Shown here piece after piece: positions 39,601-51,600 of a stretch of DNA of 64,000 bases. This stretch comes from Lama guanicoe. Its lineage: Eukaryota. A model generated the notes under the pieces. It ran no database searches and was not told the DNA's origin. It saw only the letters and a program-made list of their open reading frames with translations. The stretch spans positions 496,001 through 560,000 of the forward strand of contig MU053810.1 in NCBI GenBank assembly GCA_013239625.1, written 5' to 3'. Position 1 is the first letter of the stretch. Each line of letters opens with the position of its first letter. The position numbers were made by a program, and so were the translations under genes.

Positions 39601-42600
39601 AGGTACAGAGTATTTTTAATATAATATATTCTGCAGTTTCTTTACAAAAGCATTTGATGTCCAAAAGTTCCTATGATGGCAAAAAAAAGAAAAGCGAGAG
39701 CCACGACTTCCTCTACTCAGAGGGCATCTCCCAGAATGAAAACGCTTCTGTGTTCTTACTAAAGCAAACACCTAACAACACCGGTGCCAGCACAGTCTTA
39801 AAAGGCAGATACCTAAATGTCAGAACGACAGCAAGCTTTTTCTGTAAATGGAACAGAAAAACCAATACAGGTAAAAATCCTTTGCTAATAAACCTGGAGG
39901 ACAGTCACACTCATTTATTATTACTTAACTTCAGTTTCTTTAATTAATATAGTACTAAAACCATAGACCCAAGCTGCAGAACCAGATGCATAAGAGGTGA
40001 TAACGCAGCTGACTTACAGAGAATGCAGTTTTTTTATGCCGGGCTCCTCTTCAGGAAAGGATCCCAGGCTGAAAGGGCATGACTGCGCAGGGCAAACTGA
40101 CCTGGCAGCTGGGGGGATGCAGAGAGTGTACACAGGATTTCCAGCCCTGTGTACCTGCTTAGTTAGTTTCTAGACATTCTGATATGCTTTATTTTAAAAG
40201 TCAGTTTAGTGGTTAGTTTAACTGAGATTTCGGGTTTGAAATGGGGTAGGACAAGAAATCTAGAAGAACAACTGCTGTTTGGTGACGGAACAAATGAAGC
40301 ATAAAGAGATGGCCTACAGCTCAGCAGTGTGGACGGCCGTCTGCCCACGGGGAGGATGAGCCCTGGGTAACCGGCAAGGGGAGGGGAACGTGCCGTCTGT
40401 CCTCGAGGAGGATGAGCCCTGGAGTAACCGGCAAGGGGAGGGGAACGAGCCGTCTGCCCTTGGGGAGGATGAGACCTGGGGTAGCCGGCAAGGGCAGGGG
40501 AACAGCAAGTCCAGGTCTAGGAATTTATCCAAGAGGAAAAATCAGGAAGGTGCACAAAGATTTAAGCTCAAGGATATTCACTGCACGACTGCCGTGAGAA
40601 GAGAGGACTGGCGACCCAAATGGTGCTACAGCTCTCCAGGAGAAAAGTCTTCAGGAAGTTTAAAACAATGATGCCTTTAAAGTATTTCATGACACGTAAA
40701 GATGTTTGCTATATACTGAGAAGTGCAAAAGCAGGCCGCTAAGCAGTATGAACGACGCGATCTCATTTTTGTTTTAAAAAAACTGAAATAGTTAAGACAT
40801 AGGTCTATGTACTATACCTACGCATAGACAGAATCCTGCAAGTATGTAAAACCAATTGTGGTGAGCTAATGAATGCGTTTACATTTCCTGTTTTTGTTTG
40901 GCTATAGTCCCTAATTTAATTTTTCTATGATAAGCATATATTGGGGGTTTGTTTTGTTTTATGAGGGGGAGGTAACAGGTTTGTTTGTTTGTTTATATGG
41001 TGGTGCTGGGACTGAACCCAGGACCTCGTGCTTGGTAGGTGTGCACTCCACCACTTGAGCTATATCCTCCCCCGTGGTTTTATAATAAGAAAAAAATTAC
41101 CCATATATTTAATGGGCAGATATATAGAAAGCCCTTGATATTTACATATATCCATTCATTGAACAGTATTTGCTGCCAAAGGATAAGAAAGGTTTGCTTT
41201 AATAGGTTATTTGAGAAAATGAAACAGCCTTGCTGTGGGGAACTGTTTATAACGGTACTAGAATTAACGGAATTTCACCTGTAGAAAAACGCTCACAAGC
41301 ACTGAAACTGCTGATGTAAGAGAACACGAGACATACTTACGGTTGGGTGAAGTCACGGGTGATGAAATCAGAACTCTTGAACAGTAGAAAGATGTCGCTG
41401 AGGGTTTTACACTTCAGGGAACTGTTCATTGCTATCCAGTACGCATCCTGAATCATAAAGCACGTGCTGCTCAGTTTATATTCCAAGTTAGTTGCCATGA
41501 ATGGCGTTCAGGCCTATATACAGACTCAATAATGCATGTCATTTCAAGGGTTTAAAGGAAAAAGTCAGGTAAGAAATTGTAGCTGTACTGTCAAATGTCA
41601 AATTACACTTCCACACAGGGATTAGCATCTCTATTGCATGCTGGACACTCAGTTTTGAACTGAGGTGTTACGGTCCTCAAATGAAAGGTGCCCAAGCACT
41701 TCCCTATGTCTTCCTTACAGATGAGAAAGAAGGGGATAGAGAGGTATCAGAAATGCTGATACTTCAGTGATATGACCCAGGTATAAAGAGATAGCCTGAC
41801 TAGCTCCCCTCTAAGAAAATAGAGAAGCTTTCCTTTCTTCCTGTTTCTGGGAGAGACAGCTGGAACACTGAAGTCTGGTGACTGAAGCAGGTAAGACCCA
41901 TGTCTATTGACTCTGGGAGAGAGGAGGTGACATATTCTGAACCATTGCAATTTAAAACGGTGAACATCTCATACACAGGAATCAAATGGGTAAGGACAGC
42001 AGACACAGGAGGCACAAATCTCAGTGAAACATGCCTAAAAAATGACAGAATAAGTCATTTAAAAAGTATACTGCTCCCACAGATAGAGCAGACACAGGAC
42101 AGTAATATAATTTTGAGAAAACTAATGACTGCAAAAAAAATGTCCGATTATCCATGCTCTATGAAAGAAAGCACTGGCGCACAGCCGGCACTTAAGAAAT
42201 ACATAAATGAACAAAAGAATCACTTAAAACCACAAATAATCTCCCCATCTTAACTGGAAAGCCTCAGGCCAGATCAGTTGTAAAGAACGATGCTCATAAT
42301 CTAAAAATGAGCTTCAATAACTTCTTTAAAATCTCTCCCAATGAAAAAGATGATGGACTTCTGGTTAGAGGTGGTGTACTGAACACACAGATTTAACGCC
42401 ACTGAAACGACAGTGTATGCACAGAAAACCAGGCAACTGAATCAACGGCAATCACTAACTCGAGGGAATACAAAATGTTGAAGAAAACGTAAGCAATGTA
42501 TGGTATGTGTCCGATGTGTGCGTGGTGTTTGCATAAATGTAACAGGAGAAACATGGAACACGGATCTAATCAATGTGTGCTGTTCCTGTGAGGTCAGTGG

Positions 42601-45600
42601 AACAGAAAGTCAGAGGGATAGAAGATGAAAGAGAGCTGAACGTTTCTGCTTGAAATTGGGAAGTCAGTAATAAATACGTGAGACAGAAGAAGTAAGAAGT
42701 AGAAGAAAAAAACAGAGAATGTACTGAACTATTTGAAAGCAGCTGCTTCTGAGCAGTGGGAAATGAGGAAGCAAAGCAGGTGTCAGGGCCTGCTGATTTT
42801 ATTAGCAAGCTTCCGGATCTTTCGAAAACTTAAACTATGTATATGTGTCACTAATTTTAATAAGTCAAAATAAAAATCAGATTAAGCAGTTTATCACTCA
42901 TTTTAGAATAAGAAAAGAGAAACACATGACATGATTTGTGAAACTGCAAATAAGTCTTGGTTCCTCAAATGAGCTTTGCTGACATAAAACTGTTTTCTAC
43001 TGGTGTAGGAAAAATAATGGAATTTTTTCCCAGGCCTCCACTTAAAAAAAAAAAAATCTTTTCAATGCAATGTTGAAACAATAAAACACAATTTAAGAAA
43101 ATGTCAGCTGATTTGTCAAACTGCTCTATTTCTAGATCCTGTGACATTTTAATTTTTATTACTTTTCAATAGAGAAAAATGTCTCCATCAAACTGAACAG
43201 CTGAAGTTTTGAAAAGAGCAGAGAAAGGCTTTCCTCAGATTTCTAGTGTGATCAGTAACACAAGAGGTTGAAACTGTCTTCTGGCAAAATATACAGTATT
43301 TCACAGACCCAGGAAAGTGCACTGCAAAATGAAGGAAATAAAGTAACAGGGGGAGAGTGAAAATCAACTCCACAGTATTTTCCCTAGAATTAGGAATATA
43401 ATTGGACCCTCCGTGGGGATATAAAATGAAATGGAAGAGCAGAGCAAAGAATATTCAAACAGTGAGAGATTTACTGAAATGTTCCTACCCTTGGGGCACT
43501 CCAGTTAAGCTTAGGAAATACACTGCCCCCCAGGGAATTGATAGCTTCTTGGACTTTGGTGGTGAACTCAGGAAATTCTGGTGCCTACAGAGAGAAAGAA
43601 GAAATCATTTAGGCAAGTCAGTATCATTCACAATAAATATAGAAAACAGATCAAAATCTCAAGGTCCAACTCTTCAGGGTGTTAAAAGGTAATTGAGAAT
43701 ACAAATTACCATCAGAACTTCTGAACTCAGCTAAATAAACACAACGATCAAATAACATGAGAAACGGAAATGAATAACAAGTGCTCAAATGACGCTTTCC
43801 AAAGCAATCAAGACCCACAAAGCCGAAGAGGGATGTGGGGATATCAGGAAGGAAGGGTGCTCTTAACATCTACATGAAACCAGCATTTATTAAGTGAAAA
43901 GAGAGGAGCGGAGTATCACCTGTACATATCCTCCGATTGTTAGAAGTAATACCTCATATTTAAAGGGCCAGAAGCCTTTCTGTTTGCAGGAAAAGATTCC
44001 TGGACCCATCCCCCAAGGGCTTCATGAGAGTGAGAAATAAATTATGTGGTTAACTGTTTTTAAACATGGCTATTTCCAGACAAGTTTTAATATAAACAGA
44101 ACTCAAAAAGCAGGACCTTGGTGAAGTTAAAAATGTTCTTTCCTTTTTGGTCGATTTTAAAATGCATTATTTTATAATGGTAAGTACCCAAAAACCCACA
44201 GGGTCGTTTCCACCAGGAGGTAAATAGAAACACAGTAGTGAAGGTAAACCTAATTACTATTATGCTCTCCCTTGGGCCTTATGTCACCAGCAAAGGAGCC
44301 CATGGACATAAAGTAGAGAAAAGAGGAATAAGGCACAGGGACCTGCAGGAGGGACAAGAATACAAAAACACTAACCCTGATTCTCTGCAGCCACTTTATC
44401 CCTTTTTATTTATTTATTTACTTACTTACTTACTTATTGGTAGGAGAGATAATTAGGTTTACTTATTTATCTCTTGTTAGAGGAGGTACTGGGGATTGAA
44501 CCCGGGACCTCATGCATGCTAAGCATGCACTCTACCACTTGACCTATACCCTCCCCTATTTTATCCCTTTATATTTGCTGCCCCCTATTGGGCAACTAAA
44601 AGTACTGAAAAAGTCCAGTAATGACAAGTTCTTCCAAAAGGGGGGGGGGGAGTAAGAATAGGTCTAGAACAAGCTAAAGTACATATCGCAAAAACAAATC
44701 AAATGGCTTACACTGACCTCCAAGACCTGAGCCAGTTATAACAGAAAAAACCGTGACAAGAATTGGAAGATTAAAATATGAAAGTTAAAAAAAAAAGGTA
44801 ATATACCCCCCAAACTAGATACTAGCGTCAAGGAACAGACTAGCGAGTAGAGGGAGCGGTCAAGGGCGCTGGACGTCCCTACTTCCCGCTGGGCCGCAGC
44901 GGCAGCTGTCCCTTCGTTCTCGGCCAGCCAGCCGCTGTCTCTACCTTCCGCTCCACTTCCTCGGCTTAGATATGGGGAACTAAACTGTAGCCATTTTGAG
45001 AGGCTTTCAAAGCGAGTTACAGCCTTGAGTCTTTCATTTTCCATTCACCTCTCCCCATCAAAAGGAATTATGATTTATGCTAAGCCAGTAATTTACTTAT
45101 AATCCCCAGAAGTTGCTGGTTTGGCTTCCCTAAAGCTCTCCCCATAGAAACACTCATCCACGATTTACATTAGCAGTATTTTCACTAAACGGCACAGTTG
45201 CACAAATTTTACAATATGAAGGGTTCAATCTTTGAAGACAAAACAATATAATTTTCCTATTCTATAAAGCTTCACATATAAGGGTTGCCTTTATATTTCT
45301 GAATTACATTTTATTTTTTTCTTTATTATGTAAGTTACAGATGTACAATGCTGTGGTTCCCAATTTTTAAAAATTATACTTCAGTTATTACAGAATATTG
45401 GCTATTCTGTATTACATTTTAAAAGAGGTTCTCTCAAATCCTCAAATTATTCAACTTTAAGAAATCCTCCCATAAGGATCCTAAAACAAATTGAAATGAT
45501 AAACAGTTCATGCACCGTACAGAAAAATGTGTGCTTCAGTGGAAGATTACGTATTGTATACATACCGCACCTTCTGGATTACCCGATTCTAGCTGGGCCT

Positions 45601-48600
45601 GTGAGCTAGTTTACAACTTGGTCCGTTACAGGAAGGGATAACCAAGTATTACTCATGGACGTGAAAATTCTATTCTATCTGATAGGAATCTGAATGTCCT
45701 TCCTCCAACCTCTCAGGAAGGCAAAACCAGTTCTGCCTCATTTACACATTTACCTCAGTCCTAACCTATAAATATGTCTGTCCTTTGGACTCTCTTTTGA
45801 GCCAGTTATGACATCTGCTTGGTTCCCTCGAGTTAAATAAAATCTTCAACATGTATTAAAGAGTTTTATAGCTATGTGGGAGTCATGATTCTACCTTTTC
45901 CTGAAAATTCTAACAGATTTAACTAGTAACAGGGTTCTTTTAAAGCCTATAGCTCAACGAGTCAATTTTAAATATGCCAAACACCTCAGCTGCCTGAGAA
46001 AAGGTTCCTGTTTTAAGTGGGATGAAATCCACATTTTTAATCATATCCGTGGAATTTCCGTGATCCAAATTCACTATTTTTCCAACTCTACCCACCACAG
46101 CCCCCTACTCAGAAAGGGCATCTCTTTAAAAGAATTTTTTTTATATAATCATGAAATGTTTCAAATACACAAAAATATATACCTATGTTCCTGGATACAT
46201 ACATTCAACAATTTGGCATATGTGATCCAGACCATTTCTTAAGGCATCACAGATACCAAAGAGGCTCCTAATCTCCTTGCTCCCCACCTAGTCCTTCCCT
46301 CTCCCCACAGGAAACCATCATCACAAAACTGAACAAACTCTTCTAGAGCCACGGCTCCACACCTATGATACGCGTACCTGTCCATAAAGTATAACATTCT
46401 ATAAAACTAACACAACTGCTGTCACTTGATTTGTACACTTTTGATAACTTGCCCTTTGAAATTCACCATTTGTGCTTTTGAAATGTACTCATCTCGATTG
46501 TCTATTTCCATTTTTAATTTGGGGGTTTTCCTGTTTCTACCAATGGACTATTACCACTCACCAAAAGTAATTTCCCCACCTTGGATCTTAGCTCACATTC
46601 CTTTTGTTGCCCTGTCCAGCAACATCTAGTTCTACCAGTGAAACCCAATCACTTTTTCAATTAACTTTTTATTGTGAAATAATTTCGGGGGGTAGAGTAC
46701 AGTTCAGTGGAAGAGTGTGTGCTTAGCATGCATGAGGTCCTGGGTTCAATCCCCAGTACTGCCTCTAAAAACAAATAAATAAATAAACCTAATTACCTTC
46801 TCTACCAAAAACAAAACAAAACAAACAAAACCCCTAAAAATAAAATAAACAAATTTTAGGATAATTTTGAAATAATTTCACTCTTTCATTAAAAGAAGAG
46901 TAACAAGAATTTCTGTATCCTTTTCACTCAGGTGTTTTACCACATTGCTTTATGATTCTCCCTCCCTAACCCCCTTTCTGTGTATAATTACGCAGGAATG
47001 TGTGTATCCATATATATACATATGTGTGTGTATAAAATGTATTTTCTTTTCCTACACTCTTTTAAAGTAAACTGAAGTCATGATGTCCCTTTACCCCTAA
47101 GTACAATACTTCAATATATATTTCCTAAAAAGTAGTAACTTTTTTTTTTACATAACCTAGCCAAATAATCAAAATCAGGGGGCTAACCCTGATACAATAA
47201 CATTATCTCATCTACAGAATTTATTCAAAATGTGCCCCTTGTCCTAACAATGTCTCTTACAGTGAAAGAGAATTAGAACATGTTTTTCCGGCCAAGATTC
47301 AGTCTAGAACAGGGCACTGCGTTCAGCTGCTGTGTCTCTCTAATCTCCTTCCACCCATAACAGTTCCTCTCTCTGCACATCATCTTTCACGACCCTGACA
47401 TTATGGAATACTTATGGGGCAGTAATGCCATGTAATCTCCAAAACGCCGAGTGTGTTGGATGCTTCCCATGACTGGAGGCCGGCTGCACGCTGTTGGCAG
47501 GTGATGTGTCCTTCTGTGCTAGAAAGAGGCACATGATGTCAGTTGTCCCATCTCGGATGAGGTTAACTCTGATCATGCTGCCGCCAGGTCCTTCCACTGG
47601 AAGGTTATCTTTCCTCTCTTTATAGCTTTATAATTATATAATTTTGGTGGAGATACTTTGAGAATATTCAAATATCCTCATCCAATACTCACCCACTAGT
47701 TTTAATACCTATTTATCAATTATTACTATAATGATTGCCCAATGGTGATTTCTAATGCTACCATTCCTTCCACATTTATTAGCTGGCATCCTTTCTACTA
47801 TAAAGGGCTTTCTCTTCTGCTCCACTTACCTAATTTAATCATTTTCTTGTGTCAGTACGGGGTCACGGATTCTAATTTTAGTCGGTGGTTATACTCCATT
47901 ACTATCGTTTTGTTATGATACTCAAGTATTCAGACAGTGGAAGCCCATTCAGGCTGGCTTCCGGGTCCTTTTTGTCAGGTCAGCATCCTTCTTACTTTCT
48001 GACACAAGTTGGTACAGGTTGATCTTTACTTTTCCACCCTCAGTCTTGAATTCCTCCAAGTTTTGATTCCTTTGAGTGGAGAACGGTACTTACAAACCAT
48101 GATTAGGGCATTAGGTGTGCTCATTGCCACCATGATGTCATTATGTCACTCCAGACCTTAGCAAACAAGACTTTGGTAATTACACACATGTATATTCTGT
48201 ATCTATCTATCTATACTAGAAAACGTGAGTTGATACTGATCATCCTTCCCACACGGAAGTACTTCTAGATGCCCTTGGTTGTAACTGTTCTCTTGGCTGT
48301 GCTGTTCTGACAGCACTTTGTCTTCTACGCCCGAATTGGGGCACCTTCCACTAATGTCAGGAATCAATTCATCTTTGTTTACTTCACAGAACCCACTATT
48401 AGGGCACTGAATATGGGAGATAACTAACATGGATGTTGAACTGAACAGAATTTTCATAAAAGGAGAGTAACTGATCTGAGTGGTACCCATAGTCAAACAA
48501 AACATGTAAAACTCCCCTTCCTGCATGTGTTGGTGTGCTTTTCAGACCTAAGGAAATGTCAGCTGAGGTACCTCCACTTTTCTTTTCTTGTATCCTGGAC

Positions 48601-51600
48601 ATCATCTCTCTTCCATTAACATTAACAGAAGTACCTCTTTATTTAGAACTGTATTAGAATAAACCCGCCTCTAATAATTTCCTTTATTATGCCTTTACAT
48701 TTATTTGTAGGGAATTTTATAAAAACCTTTCTCTTTTATCTCAACGTATGAGGAGCTTCATTTACCTATCATATCTTTGGAAATAACCTCATTCATTTAA
48801 AAAGATTTTAACTAAAACATATTTTAAGTTGAATCTGACAACACACTTATCCTGAAAGACTCAAACATGCTTGAGCAACTTCTACGTTTTGATACAAGAT
48901 ACTGGTTAAAGCCACAATCTCTCACTTGAAATAAACTGCAATTTTTATGCCATTTAAATATACTTAAAAAGTGAATATAGATTTTCACTTTGAGTTAGGC
49001 TCCACAGATCTGGGAACCTCGGAGCTGAATGTCAGGCTTGATTCTTTCAGAGCTGAGCAGAAGCAAGTCAAGGCATCAACCAAGCACTTGAAATGTTTCC
49101 TTTGAAATCAAAGGGGAAAAAAAGAACAGGCTATATTTGCCTATAAACAGAGATTTAAGTTATTTTTCAAAATAATGAATAAAAACCTGAAATGGTGAGT
49201 AAATGAGAATTTAGAGAGATCAGTGCTGACACCTGGAAGTGCCCCTGTGTCGGCACGCAGCTGTCCCCACACCGAGCGGCTCTTACCGTAAGCGTGGCCG
49301 TGTTCTCATCATCCGACCACTGAAGGGGAAAGAGGCAGAAACAAAACGTTAAATGTGGAAAGTGCAAGGGCTTCCGAAAAGCAGTGCTCCATCTAAAAAT
49401 GACACATACATGGGAGACGATATGTCGAAGTGAGATTTCTGTGTAATTTCTCACTTTACCGAACGTACTCTGAGATCGTAACGCCAGAACTGTTTCAGAG
49501 AGCATTTAAACGGAATGCACTTCTCTACATAAGTTTATTTTGAACCAACCTGTATTTCTTCTGCCTCGTCATCACTGTCTGGCTGAGAACGTGTTGGTGG
49601 GTCTTCCCTGGAAGAACATAAGGCAAAAATTGAGCAAGAAAAAGCTTTGGTCCCATGCAGTCATAATTTCAGGCGTGCTGCGTATACATATTAAAGAAAC
49701 TGCCTGAGAACTGGAGGGTAATGTTGGGAAAGTTCCTCTTCTGAGACAGAAACTGATAAAATCTAACTTGAAATTAATGAGAGTACACGTCCGGTAAGAG
49801 ACGCCGGAACTGGGTGGGGGGGGGAGGCGGAGGGATACAGGTCAGTGGTAGGTCCTGGGTTCAAGCTCCACTGAAAAGAAAAAGAGAGACGGCAGAATAA
49901 AAGCTTTCTGCCTTCTTCTCAGAAATAACTAGAAGCAAGGGAAAGAAAAGCTCGAATTCCATCTCTGAGGACACTGACTCACGTCTGAATCCCGATATAA
50001 GAGGAAGAGCTGTCCAAGACAAGGAAGTGCAGATGGGATGAAGGACGCCGCAGAGGGCATCGTCTGAGGAGCTGGTCTAGGCAGTTGCGGGAACACCCCG
50101 CGGGCACAGCTCCGACGGCGAGAACAGCGCGTCCAGCGTCAGGAATCACCCTGGATCTGGACTAGCACCACAGGAGGGCACGGGGGAGGGAGAGACAGAA
50201 ATACTCAGGTACGCTGTCCTAGAAGCAGCCAGTGAGCAAAGCAGGCATTGAAAAGGGCCACTTAGCAGCCGGTCTCCACTGCCTGGGGTGACGGAGGGGC
50301 AAAGGCTGACAGACCTCAGAGGGAGGGCCCTGCTCGCCCCCCATCAACATTCATCGATGAAGAACTCACGTCATCCAAAACAAATGCTAATCAGACTAAG
50401 GTCCAGGACACGATTTATGCCAGGAAAAAGGCAAAGGGAGGGTTCTGGTTGAGCAGGGGCATTTATCTATCCCCAAGTTCCCTCCTGAAATGCTACTAAA
50501 ATGACTTAAAAGATCCCATAGGGAAAAAAAGGCCCAAAGAGGAGACAAGTGCAGAGAAGAGACAATAACCAAAGTCCGGAAAACAGAAAGCCAATGAGGG
50601 GTACCCGTGAACGACAGGTAGAACCCAGAGCTCTCGTGCATGATGGGGACCATGGCTCTGGGCTCCAAAGAGGGTGACTGTCTAAAGCCCATAAAAGGGG
50701 CAGGAAGACACAGCCAGTCTTCCTCCCCTGGCTCAGCCCAGCAGCTAACCCTCCTCTGTGAACTGAAGAGGGCAAGACTCAGGTCCACAACGCCCCAGGG
50801 GACTGTGAGGTGACACGTTAGAACACGACAGTCTTCCATGGAAGTCACACTAACGGTGCGGCCTCTAGTCCCCTTCCTTCTACCCCTGCTCCCACAACAG
50901 AGTGATTAGAGGATTCTTCTCTGCAGAGACCGGACAACCCCAGAAGAGAGAACCACACATAACTGTCAACTGAGACTCTTCCATCAACACCTGCTGACAG
51001 TTGGCACTCTTAGCCAACAAGCCCCATCCAGGTACACAAAGTTTCCGTGCATGTGTGTCCCTCACTCTTAAATATGAATAAAGGTCTAGAATCATTAGAA
51101 AACTAAAGAAAGGCTCCAAGATAAAAAAAAAAAAGACTTTTTAAAAAGGAGAGAGAGAAGGTACATGTATGAAATAAAGACAATAAAGGAACCAGATGAG
51201 AAACATTTTTAAAAATCATAAGTATCCTGAAAGGTAAACGAAGAGAAGAACAGAGGACAAGATAGAACTTGTAGAAACTGAAAACATGGCAGCTGAAATT
51301 TTAAGATTCAACAGAATGAATGGCAAAACCAAGGAGATTTTCCAGAAAGTAGAACTAAAAGGACAATAGACAAGAAACAATATAATTCAGAGAATTAATC
51401 CAGCAGATCCAATATCTAAATTATAGGAGTTCCAGAAAAAGAAGCAAGAAAATAAGAGGAAATTATCAGAGAGAGTATTTTTCAATTGTTCCAAAACTAA
51501 AAAATACAAGTCTTGAGAAAGAAAGAGCCCACCAACTACACGTCACAATGAATGGAAAAAACGAAAACAAGAACAAGAACCTCAGACGATGTACAAAGAC

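Noticed and set aside
40336..40505. CRISPR-like array
   Set aside because: Head-to-tail tandem units without unique spacers, eukaryotic intron, no cas genes
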